From contig DATKTW010000010.1 of the NCBI GenBank assembly GCA_035530895.1, positions 1-40,425 on the forward strand: a stretch of 40,425 bases of DNA. The letters run 5' to 3'. The translations under genes were made by a program, and so were the position numbers. Source of the stretch: Candidatus Nanopelagicaceae bacterium (GTDB lineage: Archaea > Asgardarchaeota > Lokiarchaeia > Sigyniarchaeales > SOKP01). Every line of letters starts with the position of its first letter. The stretch's first letter is position 1. The notes below the pieces were generated by a model, which saw nothing but the letters and a program-made list of their open reading frames with translations, did not search any database and was not told the origin of the DNA. This document shows positions 9,890 to 20,154 of this stretch, one piece after another.

Positions 9890-11701
9890 TTAATTCATTG
9901 CTTTTTCAAATTCGTTAACAAATGCTTCATATTGGTTTATCCCTAACTCCCAGAAATCTTGTTTTGTGATATCTAATCCAACTATCTCACCTAAATCTTC
10001 TGGAGATAAACTACCGCCTGCTGCGAGTAATTTTTTAAATTTAGGAACAAAATCTTTTCCGTCTTTTTTATAAGTCTTATACAACGCATATACAAAAAGT
10101 TGAGCGTAAACATAGGGATAATTATAGAATCGAAAATTCGGGAAAAAGTAATGCGGTTTCATTGTCCATTCCCAGTCCATCTCTTCGAACCATTCAATAG
10201 AATTTCCGTAAATCTTATCTCTTCCAGCGCACCAGTATTTTGAAATCGTTTTACCATCTAAATTTTCACTCTTTTCAATAGCTTTATACAAATCTTGTTC
10301 AAACCACACCCTCGCGCTTACTTGAAATACTGCTTGTCCTGCGTCGTCTAAAACATGTGCTAAAATAGCTAATTTTTCTTCTTTAGAGTTAGCTTTTTCA
10401 AGGAGGAGATCTGTCATTAATAATTCTCCAAAAGTGGATGCTGTTTCTGCAACTGTGTAACCTGGAAATGTGTTAAAGTACGTTTGTTCATCAATCGCGA
10501 GATAATCGTGTATAGCGTGGCCAAGTTCATGTATTAATGTAAATATTTCAGTCAATTCTCCAGTATAGGTCATGAGAATATAAGAGGATTTCCCTTTAAA
10601 CCAAGAAGCGCAGTTTGCTCCATTCCGTTTTCCCTCCCGTGGACTTGCATCGATATGATTTCGATTAAACATATCACGTACAATCTCTACACATTCTGCA
10701 TCGAATTTTTCGTATGCTTGAATTACTAATTCTTTTGCATCATCCCAGGAATGCTTTGTATGTGGAACATTAGGCAGTGGAGCTCTGATATCCGCGCAAT
10801 TTAACTTAGGAAGGTTCAAAACATCAGTTTTAAGTTTTAAATATCTACGATACACTCCTACATTCTTTTCTATAGCTTTCATCAAATTATCAATAATTTC
10901 TTGCGTTGTATCATTAGCTAAGAGGCTGTCGTGCATTGGACTATCGTACTTGCGCCTTTTAGAATTATTTACCCAATCTCCACATATACTTCTTAATGCT
11001 AAAGAAAATACAGTTTCCTCTTTCCCTAATAAGCCATAAATAGACTTATTCACTGATATCCGGGTTCCTCTATCTGGGTGAGTAAATAAGGCATTAGCTT
11101 CCCCATAGGATAATTCTTTACCTTCACCCTCAACATTTACTATGATTTTTCTTGTATTCAACCACTTAGACTGCAAATTACTCCATGCTCTTATTCCATA
11201 TTGATCCTTTTCAAGAATCAATTGTTCTTCTAATTCGGTTAGATTATGAGGAAACTTTCTTTTAATATTTTCTAAAATATGTTGATAGTTCGATAAAATG
11301 GGATCATCTACCAAAACGGGATTATCATTAACATACTTTGCTACATCAAGTTCTAGAAAAGCTAGATCCTTCGATATTTTAGTCGTAAAATCTTCTACTT
11401 TGTTTTTTAAGGCTTCACTCTCAGGAACAGTCATTTTTGCACTATATAGCCTATTCTGATAGAGGTCAATTTCGCTTATATCGGCTTGAAATTTCTCTTG
11501 TCTCTTGAATAAATCTAACAATTTTTGTGGAGTAAAGAAATCCGAAGTAATCTTTCCTTTATAATCGTTTATAATATTTTCTGTTTCTTTTTTAAGGCTG
11601 TTCAATATTTCAGCGATTTTAGGATCATCATGACTAGCAAAGATTTCAGTTAAATCCCATGCAATTTCGTTTTCGGTCATAATAAACAAAATGTAGGTCA
11701 T
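9890..11701 (-). CDS. pepF: M3 family oligoendopeptidase F
   Basis: AWDLTEIF N-terminus, GKRNGA, HELGH zinc motif, AETAS, FYNYPY; start probably ATG 11680. Confidence 0.92.
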   Translation of the reverse strand: MTYILFIMTENEIAWDLTEIFASHDDPKIAEILNSLKKETENIINDYKGKITSDFFTPQKLLDLFKRQEKFQADISEIDLYQNRLYSAKMTVPESEALKNKVEDFTTKISKDLAFLELDVAKYVNDNPVLVDDPILSNYQHILENIKRKFPHNLTELEEQLILEKDQYGIRAWSNLQSKWLNTRKIIVNVEGEGKELSYGEANALFTHPDRGTRISVNKSIYGLLGKEETVFSLALRSICGDWVNNSKRRKYDSPMHDSLLANDTTQEIIDNLMKAIEKNVGVYRRYLKLKTDVLNLPKLNCADIRAPLPNVPHTKHSWDDAKELVIQAYEKFDAECVEIVRDMFNRNHIDASPREGKRNGANCASWFKGKSSYILMTYTGELTEIFTLIHELGHAIHDYLAIDEQTYFNTFPGYTVAETASTFGELLMTDLLLEKANSKEEKLAILAHVLDDAGQAVFQVSARVWFEQDLYKAIEKSENLDGKTISKYWCAGRDKIYGNSIEWFEEMDWEWTMKPHYFFPNFRFYNYPYVYAQLFVYALYKTYKKDGKDFVPKFKKLLAAGGSLSPEDLGEIVGLDITKQDFWELGINQYEAFVNEFEKAMN

Positions 11702-11768
11702 CTAATAAATAAAAATGTTATTTAACGAGAAAACGAATCTTCACAGTTTTCTTAAGAAAGGAATGAGG

Positions 11769-13328
11769 CTACTCATATTCAATTGTGCTTGGTGGCTTAT
11801 TAGAAATATCATATACGACGCGATTAATTCCCTTTACTTCGTTTATGATGCGAGTGCCAATTTTTTCTAGTAATTCCCAATCCAGCTTGGCAAAGTTGGC
11901 AGTCATAGCGTCTAAAGACTCGACAACTCGTATGGCACAAATGTATTCATAGGTACGATAATCTCCCATAATTCCTACGGTTTTTAAAGGCAAAAATACA
12001 CAGAATGCTTGCCAAAGATTATCGTAAACTTTAGCTTTCCTGATCTCGTCGATTAAAATCTCATCAGCGTCTCTTAGGATGTCTAGTTTTTTCTTTTCAA
12101 TTGGGCCAATTATTCTTACTGCCAATCCAGGACCTGGAAAAGGATGCCGTAAAACAATACTTTCAGGTAACCCTAATTGTATTCCGATTTTTCTTACCTC
12201 ATCTTTATATAGCTCTTTCAGTGGCTCTATAATTTTTAACGTCATGTCATCTGGTAAAGTTAAATTATGGTGAGATTTTATTTTTACTGATGCACTGCTC
12301 GTAGCGCTCGTTTCTACTCGATCGGGGTAAATAGTTCCCTGAGCTAAATATTTAATATCCGGATAACCCTTTTCTAATTCGATTGTTTTTTTTTCAAATA
12401 CTTCAATAAAAGTGTGACCGATAATCCGCCTTTTTTCTTCAGGATCATCAACATTTTTTAACCTTTCTAAAAACAAACCTTCGGCGTTAACATAATGGAA
12501 GTTTTCAAATTTTAACTCTTGTTCAAATGTTTTTTGGACCTGAATTTCCTCGTTTTTCCTTAGTACCCCATTGTTTACAAAAATACTATGTAACCTGTTT
12601 CCAATTGCTCTTTGAAATAGTGCAGCTACAACAGAAGAATCTACTCCTCCGCTTAGGCCTAATATAACTCTGTTTTTCGGTCCAACTTCTTTCTTAATAT
12701 TTTCAATTGACTTTTCTATCCAATTTTCTAAGTTCCATTCTTTTTTGGCGTGCACAATTTTCTCAATAAAATTTTTCAAAATCTTTATGCCCTTTTGGGT
12801 GTGTACTACTTCAGGGTGAAATTGAACGCCATATAATTTTAAATCTTCATTTGCATAAGCTGCTATTGGACATGTAGCTGTTCTGGCTAATATTTCAAAA
12901 CCCTGCGGCATTATTTCTATTTGATCTCCATGAGACATCCATACAATCTCCCTTTTATCTAGTGAATCTAATAATTTCCCAGGTTTTAGGATTTCCAATT
13001 CAGTTTTTCCATATTCTTTTTTAGTAAATGGTTTAATTTTGCCCCCTAAGTGATGGATTATCAAATGTAAACCATAACAGATTCCTAAAACTGGAATTTT
13101 GTCATTTTTTATAAACTTAAAGAAATCGTCTGTGAGATGGGGGCTACCATCCTCATATACACTACTTGGTCCTCCTGAAAGAATGATTCCTATTGGTTTA
13201 TATTCCTTTAGCTTTCCAATGTCAATGTTGTTTGGTAAAATCTCAGAAAATACTCCTAGTTCTCTAATACGTCTAGCTATTAAATGAGAATATTGAGATC
13301 CCATGTCAATAATACAAATTTTATCCAT
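11769..13328 (-). CDS. guaA: GMP synthase (glutamine-hydrolysing), fused GATase + ATPPase
   Basis: GICYG, QFHPE, SGGVDS, KSHHN, HPFPGPGLA and KPPSTIEYE motifs. Confidence 0.98.
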   Translation of the reverse strand: MDKICIIDMGSQYSHLIARRIRELGVFSEILPNNIDIGKLKEYKPIGIILSGGPSSVYEDGSPHLTDDFFKFIKNDKIPVLGICYGLHLIIHHLGGKIKPFTKKEYGKTELEILKPGKLLDSLDKREIVWMSHGDQIEIMPQGFEILARTATCPIAAYANEDLKLYGVQFHPEVVHTQKGIKILKNFIEKIVHAKKEWNLENWIEKSIENIKKEVGPKNRVILGLSGGVDSSVVAALFQRAIGNRLHSIFVNNGVLRKNEEIQVQKTFEQELKFENFHYVNAEGLFLERLKNVDDPEEKRRIIGHTFIEVFEKKTIELEKGYPDIKYLAQGTIYPDRVETSATSSASVKIKSHHNLTLPDDMTLKIIEPLKELYKDEVRKIGIQLGLPESIVLRHPFPGPGLAVRIIGPIEKKKLDILRDADEILIDEIRKAKVYDNLWQAFCVFLPLKTVGIMGDYRTYEYICAIRVVESLDAMTANFAKLDWELLEKIGTRIINEVKGINRVVYDISNKPPSTIEYE

Positions 13329-13673
13329 ATGGTGTTAACTCGTTTACTATCAAAGTTATGTTAATATTGATTTGATACAATAATTAACTTTCTGAATATA
13401 TATTATATATCTCTTTAATGTGCACCCTAATAATACAAGAAATTACTTGGTTAGTTATAGGCTTAGTGTTATAATTTTAGCTTATTTTTAGAAAAACATA
13501 CATCACTCTAAAATTAATAACATAAAATGAAAAACTTTTTTATTTTTTAATTTTTAATGAACAAAAAAACAATTCTTACCTACTAATAGATTGTTTTATT
13601 AAAAATAATTTAATTTTAAATACAATCTAAAATATTAAATAATTAAAATAATGATAATTTAGAGTCTAAGCTT

Positions 13674-14924
13674 ATGATAATAAACCCCTATGAGAGTGCT
13701 AAAAAAAAAATTGATATCGCAGCAGAATTAATTAATTTACACCCGAATACTTTGGAATATCTCAAAAAGACGGAAAGAGCGCTCGTTGTTTCTATCCCAG
13801 TAATGATGGATGATGGTTCTCTCGAAATTTTTGAAGGATTCAGAGTTCATCATTCTACTTTACGAGGTCCAGGAAAAGGAGGTGTAAGATTTTCTCCCTT
13901 TGTGACTCTTGACATGATGAAAGCTTTAGCCCTCTTGATGACATTTAAGACTGCTTTATTAGGGTTACCTTTTGGCGGTTCTAAAGGTGGTATAAGAGTC
14001 GATACTAAAAAGTTATCTGAGAGAGAATTAGAGGCTTTAACGAGAAGATATACCATGGAAATTATAAATATGATTGGACCAGATAAAGATGTTGCCGCAC
14101 CAGATATGTATACAGACTCGCGTACAATGGCTTGGATGATGGATACATATAGTATGCAAAAAGGCCGAACTATTCCTGGAGTAGTTACTGGTAAACCAAT
14201 TGAGATTGGAGGCTCTATAGGAAGGATTGAAGCTCCTGGTACAGGTATGATTTATATATTACAGCATTTATGTCAAAAACTAAATTATAATTTGAAAAAA
14301 ATGAGTGTTGCAATTCAAGGTTTTGGAAAAGTGGGATCTGTTGTTGCCAAGCAATTATGTAACAACTCCTGCAATATTATAGCAATCTCTGAAGAAGAAG
14401 GAGGAATTTATTCACCAGATGGTTTAGATATAGACACATTAATCAAATGGAAACAACAAGGTAATTTATTAAAAGAATATGAGGGTAAAAATACAAGCCC
14501 AATAACTAATGATAAATTATTAAGCACTGAATGTGATGTTTTAATTCCTGCTGCTGTTGAAAATCAGATTTATAGCAAAAATGCAGATAAGATAGATTGT
14601 AAAATAATATTAGAAGGAGCAAATAGTCCAACAACTTCCCAAGCAGATAAAATCTTGGAGGAAAAAGAAATAATAGTTGTTCCAGATATTCTTGCAAATA
14701 GTGGAGGAGTTTGTGTATCTTATTTTGAATATATTCAAGATATGCAGAGTTATTTCTGGAAGTTAGATCGCGTTAATCAAGAAATGAAATCGATTCTTAT
14801 AGATACGTTTGAGAAAATATTTGAATTTTCAAAAAAAACGGATTCATCACTCAGAACGGCAGCATATGCTATTAGCGCAAATCGATTAGCAAAAGCACAT
14901 GAATTGAGAGGGTTATTTCCATAA
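13674..14924 (+). CDS. gdhA: Glu/Leu/Phe/Val dehydrogenase (glutamate dehydrogenase), paralog 1
   Basis: GPGKGGVRF, GGSKGG, APD, VTGKP, QGFGKVG, EGANSP, PDILANSGGV. Confidence 0.92.
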   Translation: MIINPYESAKKKIDIAAELINLHPNTLEYLKKTERALVVSIPVMMDDGSLEIFEGFRVHHSTLRGPGKGGVRFSPFVTLDMMKALALLMTFKTALLGLPFGGSKGGIRVDTKKLSERELEALTRRYTMEIINMIGPDKDVAAPDMYTDSRTMAWMMDTYSMQKGRTIPGVVTGKPIEIGGSIGRIEAPGTGMIYILQHLCQKLNYNLKKMSVAIQGFGKVGSVVAKQLCNNSCNIIAISEEEGGIYSPDGLDIDTLIKWKQQGNLLKEYEGKNTSPITNDKLLSTECDVLIPAAVENQIYSKNADKIDCKIILEGANSPTTSQADKILEEKEIIVVPDILANSGGVCVSYFEYIQDMQSYFWKLDRVNQEMKSILIDTFEKIFEFSKKTDSSLRTAAYAISANRLAKAHELRGLFP

Positions 14925-15014
14925 ATATGTGCGTTTTAGTTTATGAGGAATAATTAATTATTAGATTTAGCAGAAATTATTAAATAAAATAAAAAAGAAA
15001 AAAAGTGTAAAATT

Positions 15015-16265
15015 ATGGCCGTCAATCCTTTTGAAATGGCAAAAAAACAGATTGATATTGTAGCAGAAGTGCTGGATTTAGATCCAAATATTCATAAGTT
15101 TTTAAAAAGAGTAGAACGTTCTTTAATAGTTTCTATTCCAATTATGATGGATGATGGTACTGTAAAAATTTTTGAAGGTTATAGGGTTCATCATTCTACA
15201 ATCAGAGGACCTGGGAAAGGTGGTTTACGATATTCTCTAGGTGTTAATCTTGATGAAGTTAAAGCTTTAGCAACATGGATGACATGGAAAACTAGTCTTT
15301 TAAACTTGCCTTTAGGGGGCTCTAAAGGTGGTATATGCGTTGATCCTTTTAAATTGTCTAAAAAAGAGCTAGAAAGACTTACAAGAAGGTTTACTGCTGA
15401 AATTATTAATATCATAGGACCAGATATTGATATTCCCGCTCCAGATTTAAATACTAACCCACAAATTATGGCTTGGATAATGGATACATATAGCATGCAA
15501 AAAGGACGAACGATTACTGGCGTTGTAACTGGAAAACCCGTTGAAATTGGCGGTTCTGTTGGCAGAGCAGATGCTACTGGAATGGGCTTGTATTTTGTAC
15601 TCCAAGCTATGGCTGAAAAACTTAAATTAGACTTAAAGTCCTTGAAGATTGTAGTTCAAGGATTTGGTAATGTAGGAGGTTCGATTGCCGATCTACTTTA
15701 TAAACACGGGTGTAAAGTTATTGCTGTCTCAGATATATCAACGGGTATTTACTATGAAGATGGTTTAGATGTAGAAAAATTATTAACATGGGCAAAACAA
15801 GGTAATTTATTACAAGATTATAAAAACGATAAGTATAAGCTTATTAGTAACGACGAGCTACTTACATTAAAATGCGATGTATTAATCCCTGCAGCTATAG
15901 AAAATCAAATAACAGAAAAAAATGCAGAGAAAATAGACTGCAAAATAGTTTTAGAAGGTGCAAATGGTCCTACCACACCAGAAGCGGATAAAATTTTGTT
16001 TAAGAAAGAAATTTATGTTGTACCAGATATTCTCGCCAATAGTGGTGGGGTTTGCGTATCGTACTTCGAATATGTCCAAGATATTAATTCGTACTTCTGG
16101 AAACTTGATCGTATTAATGAAGAACTTAAAAGAATCATAATTGAAGCATTTGAAGAAACTTATAAAATCTCAGAAGAGAAAAAGATACCCCTTCGGACAG
16201 CAGCTTACATAATAGCGGTATCAAGAATTGCAAAAGCAATTGAATTGAGAGGAATCTTTCCTTAA
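15015..16265 (+). CDS. gdhA: glutamate dehydrogenase, paralog 2
   Basis: GPGKGGLRY, MTWKT, GGSKGG, GRADATG, QGFGNVG, EGANGP. Confidence 0.95.
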   Translation: MAVNPFEMAKKQIDIVAEVLDLDPNIHKFLKRVERSLIVSIPIMMDDGTVKIFEGYRVHHSTIRGPGKGGLRYSLGVNLDEVKALATWMTWKTSLLNLPLGGSKGGICVDPFKLSKKELERLTRRFTAEIINIIGPDIDIPAPDLNTNPQIMAWIMDTYSMQKGRTITGVVTGKPVEIGGSVGRADATGMGLYFVLQAMAEKLKLDLKSLKIVVQGFGNVGGSIADLLYKHGCKVIAVSDISTGIYYEDGLDVEKLLTWAKQGNLLQDYKNDKYKLISNDELLTLKCDVLIPAAIENQITEKNAEKIDCKIVLEGANGPTTPEADKILFKKEIYVVPDILANSGGVCVSYFEYVQDINSYFWKLDRINEELKRIIIEAFEETYKISEEKKIPLRTAAYIIAVSRIAKAIELRGIFP

Positions 16266-16296
16266 ACCAAAACATTAATCTTTTTTTAATTTTCCT

Positions 16297-17598
16297 TTAG
16301 GTAAATAGAATAATGATAAACAGAAATCCCATTGCACATGCAATATGAATTAACGCAAATGTAGCCCCAGTTTTTAATAATCGTTTGTATCCAAGATTTT
16401 CAACGCCACTATCTTGTGCTACCTTAAGTGTCATAAGATCTGCTGCAGCTCCCTGTGGAATTAGATTTCCACCTAGATTAATTGCTATAATAAAAGCAAA
16501 TAAAAGAGGAACAGAAGGAAACTCAAATGTAGTAATAAGAGTTTGAACGATGGGTATAAAGATTAATGTAGTAGGGGTATTAGCAACGAAACCTGAAATC
16601 AAACTTACTAAGATAAGAATAATAAATGCTATCAATATAGGATTAAACGATTCAAAAGGTATAGCAATAAAAATTTCCTGAAAACCGGCTTTTAAAAGAC
16701 TTCCAACAATAACATATAAAGAAATAAAGAAAAAGATTATCTCCCATTCAATATCTTTTAATAATTCCCCCATTGGTTTTTTAGTATAGTTCCGATTTAC
16801 TAAAACAAGTATTAAGGCTGCTATGATTGCCGTTAAGTACAAAATAGGTAAGATCATAAAAAGCACGATGGTAACAATAAGCGCATAACTATTGAAATAG
16901 AACATCTTTTTATTTTTGATCATAATATCTGCATCCACGAGTTCTAACACAAATTTCTTCGTTTCTTCGTCGATTTTCGGCTCTTTCGAGAGTATAAAGC
17001 GATCTATTAAAAATATTGTAAAAAACAATAATAGAAAAGAGAAAACCCAATAATATTGGATGAAATATAGTGTATCAAGTCTAAACGCTGTAGATATAAT
17101 AATATTTTCTCCACTGGAAAATGGCGTTATTATTGATCCGATATTAATACAAATAGTCATCCCAAGCAAATATGTTCCTGCTCTAATTTTTAAGAAATGA
17201 CACAATCGGACAACGACAGGAGCCAAGATTAAAACTACAACAACATCAGTAATGACTGCTGCTAATAGCGTTGTAATCGTACAAAGAAGATAGAGAAAAG
17301 TTCTACGATTTCCTCTTGATAGTTTAAACAATTTTACTGCTACATATTCTAAAACATTTGAATCTTGTGCGATTTTAGTCAATATGCTCATGCTTAAGAT
17401 AATAAGAATAGCTTCCCATTCTACATCGAGAATAAATACCTTTATATCAATTCCTAATAGAAGACCCGTAATTGTAGCACCCAAAAACATGCAGAATAAG
17501 GATATTGCCACAAAATCTGAGCCTTTTATGGAATAACTTATAATAATTAAGATAAAAAGCACTAGAAGAAAAATTAAAAGCGGTAGATTCATCGGCAC
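16297..17598 (-). CDS. ArsB/NhaD/SLC13 (IT superfamily) ion transporter
   Basis: About 11 TMs; NIGSIITPFSSGEN, IEWEIIFFF, SGFVANTP and NLGGN motifs. Confidence 0.85.
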   Translation of the reverse strand: MPMNLPLLIFLLVLFILIIISYSIKGSDFVAISLFCMFLGATITGLLLGIDIKVFILDVEWEAILIILSMSILTKIAQDSNVLEYVAVKLFKLSRGNRRTFLYLLCTITTLLAAVITDVVVVLILAPVVVRLCHFLKIRAGTYLLGMTICINIGSIITPFSSGENIIISTAFRLDTLYFIQYYWVFSFLLLFFTIFLIDRFILSKEPKIDEETKKFVLELVDADIMIKNKKMFYFNSYALIVTIVLFMILPILYLTAIIAALILVLVNRNYTKKPMGELLKDIEWEIIFFFISLYVIVGSLLKAGFQEIFIAIPFESFNPILIAFIILILVSLISGFVANTPTTLIFIPIVQTLITTFEFPSVPLLFAFIIAINLGGNLIPQGAAADLMTLKVAQDSGVENLGYKRLLKTGATFALIHIACAMGFLFIIILFT

Positions 17599-17723
17599 CT
17601 AAATGATAGATTTAATGTTTTATTACTTATGTTAATAAATACCTTCTAATAAATCTAATTAAAGTATAAGATTTAACATTTTCATTACTATAAATTAAGA
17701 TATGGATATGTATGTAAGTTAAA

Positions 17724-18572
17724 TCACTTGAATAAGAAAAGCTGTAGAAGAAATTTAAATAAGTTTAATTCGTTTAATAGGGTAATATTTGAGATGAGGT
17801 AATCAAAGATATTTTCTTCGATAAAATAATGTAAAGTTACATAATAACCTTCTTCATGCTTTATCATCTCGGTGATTTTTTTAATAAGATTGATGATTTG
17901 TTTCTCTACTACAAGCATATCGCAGTTTTTAGGATTTATGTTGATAATGTTGATGCCAGAAGTGCGACTAAACGATAATTTACTTAATTCCGGATTATTT
18001 TGAACATATTGATGGTTCAAATAATTAGTAAACATGGATTCGATCTGAACATAAATATTCTCTTTTTTCTCGGTTGTAAAATGGCCTTCAATTACATTTA
18101 TGAGTAAATTTAAAATCTGTTGAAAGACGCCTAAAATATCAAAATATTCAGCAATCGCTGATACATCTTCAGCGATTAACCATTGGGAGTAGTACTCGTC
18201 GATAATATCTTTAAATGAACTGAAATGTTCGGTGTTGCCTTTCCATAAGCTTTTCCATTCATCTCTATTTTTAGAAACAAATTGTTCTAGGAAAGAATGC
18301 TTGATAATGTTAAGTCGAGCTTTTAACATGTTTGAACTGATGTTTTTTTCTGAAGTTGCAACAAACAATAAGTTAGCTGATTTTTCCTCCAAATAGGACC
18401 ATCTTAGGCCACCCATTTCGATGCTTTCTATCCCCTCTTTTAATTCATACGTTGTAAACTGGTTTAGGGCAGCTAATAAACCACTAATAAGATCTTCGTC
18501 TATTGGTAAATCCATATAGGGCTTGTATAATAGCGTTATACCACTTTCTGAGTCAAGAATCCAAATATTCAT
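17724..18572 (-). CDS. longin-like domain protein with helical C-terminal region
   Basis: N-terminal IWILD..SGITLLYK...DEDLISGLLAALNQF...IESIEMG...LLFV pattern typical of Asgard longin-like domains. Confidence 0.7.
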   Translation of the reverse strand: MNIWILDSESGITLLYKPYMDLPIDEDLISGLLAALNQFTTYELKEGIESIEMGGLRWSYLEEKSANLLFVATSEKNISSNMLKARLNIIKHSFLEQFVSKNRDEWKSLWKGNTEHFSSFKDIIDEYYSQWLIAEDVSAIAEYFDILGVFQQILNLLINVIEGHFTTEKKENIYVQIESMFTNYLNHQYVQNNPELSKLSFSRTSGINIININPKNCDMLVVEKQIINLIKKITEMIKHEEGYYVTLHYFIEENIFDYLISNITLLNELNLFKFLLQLFLFK

Positions 18573-18655
18573 AATAGAATGCGTTTTTAGAAATTACAAT
18601 TAGATATATAAAAGCACGATTTAATAAATGATTATTTTTAAATAAAATTTTAATA

Positions 18656-19153
18656 TCATTGTAAAAAATCTTTTAGATCTTTGGTTTTGCAATATTTTTC
18701 AATGTTCCTTAACATTTCAGAGATTTTATTTTGCAGAACAAAATCACTTACACTGCCTATAATACTTGAGAAATCACTACTAAGAGTAAAACTTTCCACA
18801 AAAACCCCAACTTTTGACTTATTGGGAGATAATGGTTTGATGCGTATTCTTCCCTCCAATTCTCGGACATCTTTATTATTCCTTACATTAAATTCGATCA
18901 GATGTCCTTTACCGGGATCTTGACCCTTATCAGAAAGTACCAGTTCTCCTTCCATTTCGATTGGAATTTTTATTACATCTACTTCATCATATATTTTAGT
19001 ATGTAGTACATTTGGTGCGGTAAATTTTGCTTCCATTTTCTTGGTAGGGTTAATTTCTTCCCAGAATTCTGGTACGTAGAGTGCTTTAAAGAGGTCATTG
19101 TCATTACAGTTATCTATTTCTAAAACTTTCGAGATTTTAGTCGTAATTTTCAC
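18656..19153 (-). CDS. hypothetical protein, possible SRPBCC/START-like fold
   Basis: 165 aa ORF, GTG start with AAGGTG; strand-helix-P..W-beta sheet-long C-terminal helix layout; fold is inference. Confidence 0.6.
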   Translation of the reverse strand: MKITTKISKVLEIDNCNDNDLFKALYVPEFWEEINPTKKMEAKFTAPNVLHTKIYDEVDVIKIPIEMEGELVLSDKGQDPGKGHLIEFNVRNNKDVRELEGRIRIKPLSPNKSKVGVFVESFTLSSDFSSIIGSVSDFVLQNKISEMLRNIEKYCKTKDLKDFLQ

Positions 19154-19237
19154 CTTAATTTATTTTAAGTATGATTTACTAATAAAAATCGAAAGTTTTT
19201 AACTTTTTATGTTAATGAATACAAAAGATAGAATGGT

Positions 19238-19305
19238 AGCCTCAGACTTCCTTGATTATTTCATCTTTTAGACATTAAATCATTTTTAGTTTGTCATCAT
19301 TGGCT
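19238..19305 (-). ncRNA. box C/D guide sRNA
   Basis: Minus strand reads AGCC-A-ATGATGA(C)-CAAACTAAAA-ATGA(D')-TTTAATGTCTAA-AAGATGA(C')-AATAATCAAGGAAGT-CTGA(D)-GGCT, with a terminal AGCC/GGCT stem. Confidence 0.7.
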
Positions 19306-19360
19306 CTTGTGCAAACCTCTTTAACTTAAAGAATCAGATTGATTTTAATTTTACTATAAT

Positions 19361-19561
19361 TTATTTATCACGAAATAACATACTTTTAGCTAAATTTCGT
19401 TCTTCTTTACAATTGGGACATAACCAAGTAGCATCGTTTTTTTTTATCGAATTTATGCACATATCACAAATAGCCGTGTCGCAAATGCAGTAATAGCACC
19501 TATCTAGTTTTTCTTCACAACTTTTTCCGCATATATAACAATTTGGAGGATTTTTAGACAT
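19361..19561 (-). CDS. stand-alone C4C4-type RING finger protein (CNOT4/Not4-like spacing)
   Basis: C-x2-C-x13-C-x-C-x4-C-x2-C-x12-C-x2-C ending in CPNCK. Confidence 0.75.
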   Translation of the reverse strand: MSKNPPNCYICGKSCEEKLDRCYYCICDTAICDMCINSIKKNDATWLCPNCKEERNLAKSMLFRDK

Positions 19562-19643
19562 ATCTATATTACAATTTATATTCTTTTATAATATTCATAA
19601 TTATGTTTATTATTAATTAAATTTAACAACATTTCTGAAGATA

Positions 19644-19829
19644 ATGGATAAATTTAGGTCGCGAATTCAAATACTCTCCTTGCTCATAATATTCTTTATA
19701 TATAGAGCGATTTCAGCAGCAATCTACAATAATGCTCCAGAATTAATACTTTGGTTGCTGATCTCTATAATTTACGCGATCTCTCTTACGATTTTATATA
19801 TAGTTTTCAGACAAAGAGAAAATCGTTAA
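19644..19829 (+). CDS. small 2-TM membrane protein
   Basis: 61 aa, two hydrophobic segments with basic termini, fills the gap divergent from the RING gene. Confidence 0.6.
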   Translation: MDKFRSRIQILSLLIIFFIYRAISAAIYNNAPELILWLLISIIYAISLTILYIVFRQRENR

Positions 19830-19884
19830 ATTTATTCACTGAGAGAGAAGAAATAGGCGAATATATATTTAGAGCCGTTTTAGT

Positions 19885-20154
19885 TCATTTATCCCTTTTT
19901 TTAAAAATGTCAGGGATTAAACCCTCTATTCCTAAACTCTTTAACACACTATCCCTAATATCTACTTGTACTCTCATGTCTTGCATTACTTTTAATGTAT
20001 CTCCTAAAGTTTTTGAGAAAGTATCGCTCATTTCCTTAATAGTGTCTGATGTAAGTTTTAGAGATTCTCGAATTGATATGTTAGTTTCATGCAATTCCGC
20101 TGTTAACTCTTCCATTGTTTTTCTCATTTCTGAGAGTTCTTCTTTCAGTCCCAT
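19885..20154 (-). CDS. small coiled-coil hypothetical protein
   Basis: 89 aa with heptad-like amphipathic helix; ATG start. Confidence 0.7.
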   Translation of the reverse strand: MGLKEELSEMRKTMEELTAELHETNISIRESLKLTSDTIKEMSDTFSKTLGDTLKVMQDMRVQVDIRDSVLKSLGIEGLIPDIFKKRDK

